Part shown: positions 21,331-32,673 of the stretch, piece by piece
Numbering within the stretch: the first letter of the stretch is position 1
Layout: each line of letters starts with the position of its first letter
Assembly (NCBI RefSeq): GCF_001194135.2
Contig: NC_068983.1
Location: 4,348,099-4,384,469 of the forward strand
DNA length: 36,371 nucleotides
Origin: Octopus bimaculoides
Taxonomy: Eukaryota
Reading direction: 5' to 3'
Notes under the pieces: generated by a model
Seen by the model: only the letters and a program-made list of their open reading frames with translations
Databases searched by the model: none
Told to the model about the DNA's origin: nothing
Program-made: the position numbers and the translations under genes

Positions 21331-21761
21331 GGCATCAGAATGATTCTGAATTTATTACAGAATGAGAAGAGTTAAACTCATTGTGCTCTTATTATTTGAG
21401 AAACTCATGTCACAACAGAGAGACAATCGAACATTACATAATTAACGTCACACCTAATATAACAGAAAAATGGTGGCGGGTTTAACTTGGGAGAAGATTG
21501 GATTACTGCAAAAGAAAATCGTCAGTCTTGTTCTTGCTTTTGTTTTCGTCGTCGTCGTTACTGTTGAGCACAGAGGATTCTTTGGTCTACGAAATCTGTG
21601 ATCAAATGCCTTCCCACCGGGGCATCCATCCGTTTCTTTTATTTTTATTTTTTCAGACGCAATAGGTTTAGGACGACATTGTTCGTGGATTCTTCCTTTC
21701 CACGGGTGTTCCTAGGGTGTTCCTTGGTGTCTGTCAAAAGAATATATTATTGAAATTTTCT

Positions 21762-21910
21762 ATACGCTGTGTAAGTAGCTTGCTTACCAACCTCATGGTT
21801 CCGGGTTCAGTCCCACCGTGTGGCACCTTGGGCAAGTGTCTTCTACTATAGCCACAGGCCAGCCAAAGCCTTGTGGGTGGATTTAGTAGACGGAAACTGA
21901 AGGAAGTCCG

Positions 21911-21984
<74 letters not shown>

Positions 21985-22180
21985 ACCATCGCTTAACAAC
22001 CGATGTTGACAGGTTTATGTCCTCGTACCTTAGCGGTTCGGCAAAAAGAGACCGGTAGAATCAGAACTAGGCTTTCAAAGAATAAGTCCTGGGGTGGATT
22101 TCTTTGACTAAAGGCGGTGCTCCAGCATGGCCGCTGTCAAATGACTGAAACAAATAGAAGAACGAAAGAATAAAAGAAAA
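21762..22180 (+). mobile_element. SINE family C, full length with central (GT)n
   Basis: Head with ggttccgggttcagtccc (B-box-like), CORE-like caccttgggcaagtgtctt, (GT)n 21911-21982, 3' half ending ...aaatgactgaaacaaatagaag. Confidence 0.9.
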
Positions 22181-22339
22181 CCACACAAACTGAAACACCA
22201 GCAGCAGTTACTACAACAAAAACGGAACAGCAAACAAGAGGGTCTCTACGATCTGTTAGAAATAACAATCAAAAGTCTCTCAAATAACACCCCCATGTCT
22301 TGAAAAAAGAATACGATACAGCGGATAGTGTAATTATGA

Positions 22340-22775
22340 ATATATTATGCAAGAAAGCGAAAAGACAGGATGGTCATAGATCGGGCAACGGCGAAACGAT
22401 GAAAGGTCATCGCAGACGATCAAACAAGAAACACGGAGAATAACAACGAGCGGGAGAAAAGTTGAGAGTTTCAGTAAAAAGCCAAAGAGAACGTGGCTAA
22501 TGTAGGAAGACCACAGCCGAAAAGGTTGGAGCAGCCTTACACAAAACTGACATACCAGACATACAGACAAACAGAAAACACAATAGTTCGAAATTTCGCT
22601 TAAATACACCTGAAATCACTCACAACAAAACGCCAAACTGTACACCGGAAGTAGCGCCCACATCTTTAAACTAAATTCCCAGCGCCATTTTGCCTGGCCT
22701 TACACAGTAGCTATAATAGTGACAAAGAAAACTAACGCACACATCCACACACACACACACACACACACGTGAGTA
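22340..22775. promoter_or_regulatory. Candidate housekeeping-type promoter / first exon island
   Basis: Unique CpG-bearing sequence with ETS consensus ACCGGAAGT (22644-22652), YY1-type CGCCATTTTG (22683-22692) and a plus-strand GTGAGT donor at 22769. Orientation unresolved. Confidence 0.4.
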
Positions 22776-22794
22776 TATGTAGGCATATATATAT

Positions 22795-23165
22795 ATTATT
22801 TTATTCTTTTATTCTTTTACTTGTTTCAGTCATTTGACTGCGGCCATGCTGGAGCACCGCCTTTAGTCGAACAAATCGATTTCAGGACTTATTCTTTGTA
22901 AGCCTAGTACTTATTCTATCGGTCTCTTTTGCCGAACCGCTATGTTACGGGGGTTGTCAAGCGATGGTGGGGGACAAACACAGACACACAAATACACACA
23001 CACATACATACACACACATACACACATACACACACACACACGTATGTATGTATGTATGTATGTATGTATGTGTGTATGCATGTATGTATGTATGTATGTA
23101 TGTATGTATATATGTATGTATGCATGTATGTGTGCAGGTTTGTATGTATGCATGTATGTATGTAT
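22795..23165 (-). mobile_element. SINE family C 3' half plus its expanded central microsatellite
   Basis: cttttacttgtttcagtcatttgactgcggccatgctggagcaccgcc...gtcaagcgatggtggggg, then (CA)n/(TATG)n. Confidence 0.85.
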
Positions 23166-23369
23166 TATGTGGGCGGATGAATGCATACATGGTTTAGGAA
23201 GTGGGGTTGGCCCTGTGCAAGGCCTTTTCCCACTTTGAAAAGCTTCAGACACAGGCGTCCCTCAGTTTTAAATACCTCTTTTATGTGCAGCATACTATGA
23301 CTTACCGTAACCGTAAAAGGTAAAACAGCGAACGAAAATGTTCATGATGGGGTGAAAGCACGAGGCAAT

Positions 23370-23530
23370 AAGAGTGGTAACGCTGTGAACACCTGTTGCA
23401 AGAGGCGCCCATCGTTATCACATCGGTCCAAAAGAGTGCAAATCCTTAGTAGGACTGAAAAGTCACATTTGTCTGCTTCAAAAGAACAATTAAGCGATGG
23501 CATTCCTCGAAATCGAGTTGTTGCCGCCAG
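23370..23530 (+). mobile_element. RTE-clade LINE 3' end remnant
   Basis: ECKSLVGLKSHI resembles the C-terminal C..C....S..GL.SH zinc motif of RTE/BovB-type ORFs; followed by a short 3' end, ttcctcgaaatcgagttgttgccgcc. Confidence 0.45.
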
Positions 23531-23941
23531 CTATATTTACGTGTGTATGCATGTGCGTATGTATGTATACGTCTGTATGGATTTATGTGTGTAAGAATTT
23601 TTGTATATATGTATGTTCGTTTCTCTTTTTAATTATTTAAATTCTTCTTCTGAAAAAAAAGTTGGTTTCTAACAAAGACACAAAGTTCCAACGTTGAAAT
23701 GCAGATAAAAAAAAAACAATGTCACATATTAAACTTGAGAAAAGTCTTCCATATTTTTACTGTTCCACTTAACAAATTGGATTTGTAATGTACGAATTGG
23801 TTGGTTGATTTTCTTTTTTTCTGAAAATTCAAGTATTATCCAGGCTGTCACTTGGGTATTCGCTTACAAAACTAAGTGCACCAATTATTATTGGTATTAA
23901 TGTATAAATCTAGATATAGAAGCTGGAGGTATGTATGTATA

Positions 23942-24827
23942 CAGGATGGGTGGAAAGCCAGTAGGCATTAGAAATTGCTTATGGAACTTTTAGTATCACT
24001 GAAGTCATGGCGAAAACATTTTTAAACAAACAACTCTAATGAGGATTTCTTATTTTCTTATTGTGTTATTTGTTATTTCTTATTTTCCAGATGGCCGGTC
24101 GCCTCACTGTTCAAGAGCGAACTAAGATAGCAGCGCCCTATGAAGTGTGAAATTCCGTTGTTTTGGTTCAGAGATGGTGGTGTACATGGAAAAGTAAGCA
24201 TGCAACACTACATCCGGAAACAATGAAATGTTGTCATGCAAAGCTGATGACCACGGGCTCTGTGAAGGATACAAGAAGTGACCATCTAACCACATCCCGA
24301 TCAGCGGAGAACGTGGCAACAGTTCAGATGTCTAATCGCAGCCTGCAAAAATCAACACGTCAAGTAACTCGTGAAAGTGGACTAACAAGACATACAATAC
24401 GTACAGTGTTGCGTAAAGAATTGAGTTTTCATCCGTGGAAACCCCATTACGCACAGGAGCTAAAACCTGAAGACTGTAACCACAGAATGGAATATGGAGT
24501 ATTAATTGGCCTGAATTGTTTAAAAGCATCCTCTGGAGTGACGAGGCTGGGATGTTATAATACCGATAGCACACTGGAGGACTTGGAGACACGGATCCAG
24601 ATTTTCAATGATATGCCAGACGACGTCCTTCAGAAGGTTGTTCATTCCATCCCTGGTCGTTTGAGGAAACTGGTTGAAGCCACCAGTACTTACGTTGAAA
24701 TATGAAGATTCACATTCATTTTCCTATGCAAGAAAGAACATGTACCATTTGTTTGAATAAATTTGTAAAAGGAATATGGATTTTATTACCAATTTTTAAT
24801 GTCTACTTACTTTTCACCCACCCCGTG
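23942..24827 (+). mobile_element. Internally deleted Tc1/mariner (maT/DD37D-like) transposon
   Basis: TA-flanked imperfect TIRs (caggatgggtggaaagccagtaggcatt / aatgtctacttacttttcacccaccccgtg). From ATG 24091: MAGRLTVQERTKIAA...VQRWW...KLMTTGSVKD...KSTRQ..RESGL...FHPWKPHY.QEL.PEDC..R..Y, then WSDEA fused directly to the post-catalytic TLEDLETRI...GRLRKLVEA...YVEI* (24705). Confidence 0.9.
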
Positions 24828-25299
24828 TATGCAATAGTCGAGATTTTTTTTATTTGGTGCTATAGTTTGCGATCTGCAGGTTTTTCCAGTTGACGTTTAT
24901 GGTTCTTCATAGTCTGTTTGAGTTGTTGATATAAGGTCCCTGCTGCGATTGAATTTGCCACAAAAGTTATGACATGTAAGCCTGGCGTTACTCATACAGC
25001 ATTCATAGTCTTTCCATTTGAATCGACGAGTGATAACTTTTGTTTCAAGGCTATTTGGCTTCAAAGTCATCAATGATTACAACATTCTACAAAGTTATCC
25101 GGTAAACATATTTAATATTTCACTGCTGTATATTGTTTTATGATACATTCTCATCGTTTAACGATTCTGTGAGTCGGTGGTGAGTTGATTTGAGAGGTAA
25201 GAGGCCAGCTATGGGCTGTTTAGTCTATGTGCCTTTATGGTATTATAAAATATAACGGTATCGACCAGACTACCGGACGTTGTTATTCATCGCTGGTCA

Positions 25300-25546
25300 C
25301 ACTACACTTTGCATTGTTTTAGCTTTCGAATGACGCCACCCGGCTTGTTAGGCGAGAAGGCCAAGATTTACCCTTGATCGGAAGGCTGTCCCGTTGCAGG
25401 GTTACCCAGTTACAGCTGATGGACTGGAGTAACGTCAAATAAAGTGTTTTGCTGGAGAACACAACGCAACCCTCGCTCTGGGAATCGAACTCAGGACTCC
25501 GCGATCGTGAGTGCAACACCTTAACTACTAAGCCATGCGCCTTCAC
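25300..25546 (-). mobile_element. SINE family B with a third tail type
   Basis: Minus strand: gtgaaggcgcatggcttagtagttaaggtgttgcactcacgatc...gagttcgattccc...agcaaaacactttatttgacgttactccagtccatcagctg-taactgggtaaccctgcaacgg. Confidence 0.8.
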
Positions 25547-26764
25547 AAACCATAAAATATAAATTGGATGAGNNNNNNNNNNNNNNNNNNNNNNNNNNNN
25601 NNNNNNNNNNNNNNNNNNNNNNNNNNNNNNNNNNNNNNNNNNNNNNNNNNNNNNNNNNNNNNNNNNNNNNNNNNNNNNNNNNNNNNNNNNNNNNNNNNNN
25701 NNNNNNNNNNNNNNNNNNNNNNNNNNNNNNNNNNNNNNNNNNNNNNNNNNNNNNNNNNNNNNNNNNNNNNNNNNNNNNNNNNNNNNNNNNNNNNNNNNNN
25801 NNNNNNNNNNNNNNNNNNNNNNNNNNNNNNNNNNNNNNNNNNNNNNNNNNNNNNNNNNNNNNNNNNNNNNNNNNNNNNNNNNNNNNNNNNNNNNNNNNNN
25901 NNNNNNNNNNNNNNNNNNNNNNNNNNNNNNNNNNNNNNNNNNNNNNNNNNNNNNNNNNNNNNNNNNNNNNNNNNNNNNNNNNNNNNNNNNNNNNNNNNNN
26001 NNNNNNNNNNNNNNNNNNNNNNNNNNNNNNNNNNNNNNNNNNNNNNNNNNNNNNNNNNNNNNNNNNNNNNNNNNNNNNNNNNNNNNNNNNNNNNNNNNNN
26101 NNNNNNNNNNNNNNNNNNNNNNNNNNNNNNNNNNNNNNNNNNNNNNNNNNNNNNNNNNNNNNNNNNNNNNNNNNNNNNNNNNNNNNNNNNNNNNNNNNNN
26201 NNNNNNNNNNNNNNNNNNNNNNNNNNNNNNNNNNNNNNNNNNNNNNNNNNNNNNNNNNNNNNNNNNNNGTGGTCAATAAAGAAATAAAAAAGAGAAGTTG
26301 GATAAACTGCTTCTATGAACTGGAAAAGAACAAATTTTATTTCACTTTTTGCTGTTGTGATTAATTTATTGACTTTGCGCTGTTCTCGAATTTGCTGTTT
26401 TAAACTAATTCCGTGTTTATTTTTCGAAAGCATTCGTCGTGGTTCGCAACAGATCGCTCTTATCTCTTTTGCACCTTACAAAGCCGTAAGCTTCTTCTTT
26501 CTCTCTTTCTCTTTTCAGATCCGGTAGAACTAGTTTCAAATCGTCGTTAAGTGCGTTATTGCCGTTGGGCGTTGATTATTGTTTTCACACCTGAATAAAA
26601 TCTCTCAGTTATTCGTCAGTTTTTTTATTGCTCTTGTCACTAAGAGCTTCAGGACACTGATAAAGTCATCTGAATTCGAGGTATGTGTGTGTGTGTGTTG
26701 CATGTATAACATATATATATAGTATGTATGTATGTATCATACACACACACACATTTATATATAA

Positions 26765-26803
<39 letters not shown>

Positions 26804-26959
26804 TTTTTACGTTCAATCATAATAAAACGATTTTATGTTAATCTGATGGGTTACTCTATACGTTTGTAGAGTACAAATTTATTATTCTTAAACAAGAATA
26901 TTGTTCACAGTGACTTCGAAGTCACTGTTAATAATATTCTTGTTAAAGAATAATAAATA

Positions 26960-27418
26960 TATATGTATATACGTATACACACACACACACGCGCGCATAT
27001 ATATATATACACACATATACATATATGTATGTGTATGTGTGTATATATGTGTGTGTATGTGTGTACATATATATATGCATACATACACACATATACACAA
27101 ACACACATATATATGTATCATTCTTAAAAAGTTACGTCGGTTAAGTAATCGTCCGACAGTATGTATGTATGTATGTATGTGTGTGTGTGTGTGGGTATGT
27201 ATGTATGTATGTGTGTGTGTATGTATGTATGTATGTATGTATGTGTGTGGGTATGTATGTATGTATGTATGTGTGTGTATGTATGTATGTATGCATGTGT
27301 GTATGTGTGTGTATGTATGTATGTGTGTGTATGTATGTATGCATGTATGTATGTATGTATGTGTGTATGTATGTATGTATGTGTGTAAATGTGTATGTAT
27401 GTATGTATGTATGTATGT
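26960..27418. repeat. Compound TA/CA/TATG/TG microsatellites
   Basis: Direct inspection. Confidence 0.95.
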
Positions 27419-29693
27419 CTCTTCTATTTTTTAGTTATCATAAATCTTCCACTGAGGAGGGAGCTGGTTTCCAAACTAAGATACAAGGCTCCATCTTTGG
27501 GATGTCGTTAACACAGACAAATTCACATTTGGAACTTGAGAAAAGTCTTGAAGTGAAGAGTAATGATTTTATATCTATAAAGTAATACAAGACATTTTAG
27601 TGCGATGGCTAGCATTGGTTTCGCAGTCTTCCTCTTTAGGCCCTGCTTAACTGCGAATGTTAGAGAAAATTATGAAAATCATTTTTAAAAACATATTTTT
27701 CCAAGCTTTAGTGTCCATCGTTGTAAAGGTGTAAAGGTGTAGGTTATTTCTCTTTAAATGCTAAAGGAATGGTGTCAAAACTACTTGGAATATCATGTAA
27801 CTGTTTTAAGTTGAAAGATATAAAAATACCATGCATGATTAAGTGAGGTTAGTTTCCATCAGTGGAGGAATACAAAAGGGATGAGAGAATGGAGACGAGT
27901 GTGTAGAAAGGAAAAATTAGATATATTAAAGGCAAAAGAGCTGGAAGAGGAAAGAGTAACGTCTGTACGTATATGTTGTTCAAGTGGGCAGAAACCGGGG
28001 TATTCCAGTTGCGTAATAAATGCTTCTTAAGGTGTCTGCATTTCCCATCCTTTTCCTAATCCTCCTAATCTTTTTCCTCCTCCNNNNNNNNNNNNNNNNN
28101 NNNNNNNNNNNNNNNNNNNNNNNNNNNNNNNNNNNNNNNNNNNNNNNNNNNNNNNNNNNNNNNNNNNNNNNNNNNNNNNNNNNNNNNNNNNNNNNNNNNN
28201 NNNNNNNNNNNNNNNNNNNNNNNNNNNNNNNNNNNNNNNNNNNNNNNNNNNNNNNNNNNNNNNNNNNNNNNNNNNNNNNNNNNNNNNNNNNNNNNNNNNN
28301 NNNNNNNNNNNNNNNNNNNNNNNNNNNNNNNNNNNNNNNNNNNNNNNNNNNNNNNNNNNNNNNNNNNNNNNNNNNNNNNNNNNNNNNNNNNNNNNNNNNN
28401 NNNNNNNNNNNNNNNNNNNNNNNNNNNNNNNNNNNNNNNNNNNNNNNNNNNNNNNNNNNNNNNNNNNNNNNNNNNNNNNNNNNNNNNNNNNNNNNNNNNN
28501 NNNNNNNNNNNNNNNNNNNNNNNNNNNNNNNNNNNNNNNNNNNNNNNNNNNNNNNNNNNNNNNNNNNNNNNNNNNNNNNNNNNNNNNNNNNNNNNNNNNN
28601 NNNNNNNNNNNNNNNNNNNNNNNNNNNNNNNNNNNNNNNNNNNNNNNNNNNNNNNNNNNNNNNNNNNNNNNNNNNNNNNNNNNNNNNNNNNNNNNNNNNN
28701 NNNNNNNNNNNNNNNNNNNNNNNNNNNNNNNNNNNNNNNNNNNNNNNNNNNNNNNNNNNNNNNNNNNNNNNNNNNNNNNNNNNNNNNNNGTGGTGGTGGT
28801 GGTGGTGGTGGCGGTCGTCGTCATCGTCACGATGAATGGTGAAGATGACGGTGATTATGATGATGATGATGACGATGACGACACGCACTTAAATATATAC
28901 AAATGAATATCTCGTTGCTATTTTGCAAAAGTGTCGTAAGTCCGAAACGTTGCTTTTTCAGAAAACGGAAAAATCGTTTCACCATTCCATTTCTTTTTAC
29001 ATTAGCAACAGTTTCATCCTAACAATAATACTTTGTTGGGTGCATGAAACCGTAATTCCATGCATGGATGATATTTTCAGTCGGAAATATTTTTGCAAAA
29101 CTGTCGGACGTGGGACTTACTACGCTTTTGGAAAATGCTAAACCGTTGTACTACACTTTGACAATCTTGATATCTTAGCATCTAAAGCAGCTGGAGATAC
29201 GATAGTTTGACCAAAAGAACCGGCTATTGCAAGCAAAAATAAATATTGGAAAAAAAAAAACATTTGGCCAAATTTGGGCATATGACAGTTTAACATAATA
29301 GCACCGATATGTTTCCCCTCTTTCTCTCTTTTTTTCTCTNNNNNNNNNNNNNNNNNNNNNNNNNNNNNNNNNNNNNNNNNNNNNNNNNNNNNNNNNNNNN
29401 NNNNNNNNNNNNNNNNNNNNNNNNNNNNNNNNNNNNNNNNNNNNNNNNNNNNNNNNNNNNNNNNNNNNNNNNNNNNNNNNNNNNNNNNNNNNNNNNNNNN
29501 NNNNNNNNNNNNNNNNNNNNNNNNNNNNNNNNNNNNNNNNNNNNNNNNNNNNNNNNNNNNNNNNNNNNNNNNNNNNNNNNNNNNNNNNNNNNNNNNNNNN
29601 NNNNNNNNNNNNNNNNNNNNNNNNNNNNNNNNNNNNNNNNNNNNNNNNNNNNNNNNNNNNNNNNNNNNNNNNNNNNNNNNNNNNNNNNNNNNN

Positions 29694-29759
<66 letters not shown>

Positions 29760-30291
29760 ATGGACAGTCTTTGAACTGTAAATTTATAATGTAAATTCTT
29801 CATTTGAATCTCTGAATAGAACAGCCAGATCTAGGTTCGAACCCACAGGTTTACTGCATCGAAGTGCTGGCACCACATACAGCAGGTTAATAATTTCCAG
29901 TATGATACAACCAATAATCACGACAGAGAAAATGTCTTCATGGCTTAATCACGAAAGAAAAGACAGTGCACGTGACCTTTGTGTTCTGGGATTCAATCTG
30001 TTTTTGTTGGGAAGGGAGGAGGAAACTAGAGCTAATGACTGGATGACGGTGATAAAGTAGACTTTACCATCTAAATGCAGGTGGGTGTCCACCTGATGTA
30101 TCACCACAGAATTTCGATGTTTGGATCAATTCAAAGCTGACAGAATACACCTGCCCACCATGTCTCGCAATGGATTCGATCCCGTAACAATATGATTGAG
30201 AAGTAGGTGCTAGATACAAAATAAAATAGTTTAAACTTTTCTTTTTATAAAGTGGTGAAAGACTTGTTTATTTTATCAGCTAGACTTAGAG

Positions 30292-30530
30292 TGAAGGTAC
30301 GTAGCCTAGTGGTTAGAGTGTGACATTCATAATTGTAAGATCGTTGTTTCGATTCCCGGACAGGAGGGTGAATTGTGTTCTTGACCCAGTCCCCTCAGCT
30401 GTAAAACGAGTTCCAACAATAGGTGGGAAGTTGACACGGAAACGGTCTGACATGCCATTCAGGAGAGTGTGTTCAATCGCAATGAAAATCGGGTTCATCT
30501 CTGGCGTTATGAGTGCCGGGGGTCATCAGA
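30292..30530 (+). mobile_element. Old SINE family B copy
   Basis: gtgaaggtacgtagcctagtggttagagtg...gtttcgattcccggac...gtgttcttga...cagtcccctcagctgtaaa. Confidence 0.65.
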
Positions 30531-30534
30531 GCCC

Positions 30535-30810
30535 TCAAGTCTAAGTACAAGGTGTAGAGGAAGGCGCAGGGCCCACGACCTTTGCAGGTTTTCGGATATA
30601 ATTGAAACTGAGATCGTTAACATTCCATTTAAACTGGTACAAGTTGACGATTGTAAGAGAAATGGGTGAAGGAAGCGAATTCAAGAGGGACAACGTTCTG
30701 CGGAGGAAGGAATGGGTGAAGGGATTAAGGCAGGGCCAGATAGGGGTAGCTGACAGCAAGCCGAAAGGTCAGTAGTTCGCGTTGTGACTTAGCCCTCAAA
30801 TAGTCCAAGT
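30535..30810 (-). mobile_element. CR1/L2/Jockey-type LINE 3' end remnant
   Basis: FTHSFLRRTLSLLNSLPSPISLTIVNLYQFKWNVN resembles the SF..RT..LWNSLP......L..FK..VN C-terminus of APE-type LINE ORF2; upstream frameshifted RLAVSYPY. Confidence 0.6.
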
Positions 30811-30840
30811 TACCTAGCCGTATATAGATACCATCACGTA

Positions 30841-31294
30841 CAGGTCGTCGTCGACTTACGACCGATTGACTTGGCGACGATTGGTGCGCCACCTCCCGGC
30901 AGAAATAATAAATAATCCAGTTGAAATCTAACGAGTTTAATTTTTTAGAAATTAACCCGTCTACGGATGATGTGAGGAAACAAATGCTTCCCCTAGGTTT
31001 GGTTATCGATCACCACTGTGGTTATCCCGAGTGTTGGATTAATATCCTGTCGCGGAAAAATAGAGGTAACCTCGCATTTGTTTATGAGACGACTTGAAAC
31101 TCCGAAATTTTTGACTAACACCAGTATAATAGTATAATACGGAATGCTGTGTGTGTGACTTTTACCTGAGAATGTACCTTAAGAATGTAAAAATATAAAA
31201 CTAAGCTAGATAGGCTTATAGGCCGATTTACGACTAAATCGACTTACGACCAGTCAGTCGGAACCAATTGTGGTCGTAAGTCGACGACGACTTG
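30841..31294. mobile_element. pogo/Tigger-like MITE, 454 bp
   Basis: TA-flanked 23-bp TIRs caggtcgtcgtcgacttacgacc / ggtcgtaagtcgacgacgacttg (22/23); subterminal cgacttacgacc repeat at about 31240. Confidence 0.9.
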
Positions 31295-31459
31295 TACCAA
31301 CCAGCGAACAAATGGGACCGGTTTCAATTCATACTACGTGGGGAAATTACAATAACTAGTGGCCCCTTTGATGGAGTCCCAGGGGCGTGTTTGAGGCCCT
31401 TTTACACGGAACCAATTCCTCCCTAAATGCGATATATATATATATATATACCGATACAC

Positions 31460-31615
31460 ATTATTTGAGCACCGAGCAAAGTAATTAGCAGCATTTCTAG
31501 CATTTTCCATTCCGAGTTCAAATTCCGCTGAGGTCAACTTTGCCTTTCATCCTTTCAGGGTCGATAAAATAATGCACCAGTCAAGCACCACAGTCAATGG
31601 TATCGATTAAGTTTC
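31460..31615 (+). mobile_element. SINE family A, old copy
   Basis: ccgagttcaaattccgctgaggtcaactttgcctttcatcctttcagggtcgataaaataa. Confidence 0.8.
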
Positions 31616-31634
31616 TCTTCTCCATTTTTTTTTT

Positions 31635-31830
31635 TTGCGCGGACGTAGCTGTGTGGTAAGAAGTTTGCTTCCCAACCACATGGTTCGGGGTTCAGTCCCA
31701 CTGCGTGGCACCATGGGCAAGTGTCTTCTACTATAGCCTCGGCCCGACAAAGGACTTGTGAATGGATTTGGTAGAAACTGAAAAGAAGCCCGTCTTTTAT
31801 ATGTATGTATGTATGTATATAATGTATCGG
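31635..31830 (+). mobile_element. SINE family C, 5' half ending in (TATG)n
   Basis: gtagctgtgtggtaagaagtttgcttcccaaccacatggttcggggttcagtcccactgcgtggcaccatgggcaagtgtcttctactatagcc. Confidence 0.85.
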
Positions 31831-31879
31831 CCGGCCCATCGGATGTTTTTATACACCGCTAGTCACAATGCGTTTCCCT

Positions 31880-32070
31880 TTTTTCTTAATTGTTCCCTTC
31901 TTTTCCATTTTGGCCCAAATCATTTAACTAAATCGTCTTCCCATCGTCGTGGAGACCTTCCGAGTGGCCTCCTCCGATATCTCGGATAACCTTCGGCGAG
32001 TGAACGGGTCTTCCTGTTGTCCGCAAACCTTGCGATGTGTTCTCGGTAAGGATTGAACTCACCACTACCA
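31880..32070 (-). mobile_element. RTE-clade LINE ORF C-terminal remnant
   Basis: Minus frame EHIARFADNRKTRSLAEGYPRYRRRPLGRSPRRWEDDLVK matches the RTE motif GHIAR..DNRW......W.P....R..GRP..RW.DD. Confidence 0.75.
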
Positions 32071-32673
32071 GCAACAATACTCTCTGTTGCGGACGACCCG
32101 ACAAGGCAAGCCCTATGCAGTCACTATATTTTCTAGAATTAGCAGCTAAATCTTTACCTACTGTCCTAGAAAAAAAGGGGAAAATAGAGCTCACAACTTG
32201 TAAAAATCAAGCGCCATCTTGTCTTAGTTTTTCTTTCAGGAATTCGTGTTTCACCTGTAACTAAACAACAACAACAACAACAACAATTTATTGTGTGAAC
32301 CTCTTTTTCACTATTAAATTACTTGATCTCCATATACTGCAATATAAGCGTCACTATACAAACCTGTCGCCTCCCGATTGTTCTTTTGTTAACTGAAATA
32401 TCCGCGTACGTCTTAACGGCCAAAGAAAATCCGAAAGTGATCTCCCTTGAACTGTCTTCGTAGACGTTTTTCGCCCGAATTACCTCCCCTACATTTCTTT
32501 TTTCTTCTTCGCAAGTTCTAGACGGCACCGATGAGTGGATCCTTGTGCGATTGTTCGATGTGCCAGAAATAGCAGCTAGGTTCCTCTGAACTAGAACTGT
32601 ACCATCTTAAACTAGGAAGGATAAATAGTTTTGCATACAAGTTTCCTGAACCGTCTTTGATCGTAAATCTATT

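Noticed and set aside
32319-32528. ORF MPSRTCEEEKRNVGEV... as a coding exon
   Set aside because: No recognisable homology, ambiguous splice sites, flanked by family D repeat fragments.
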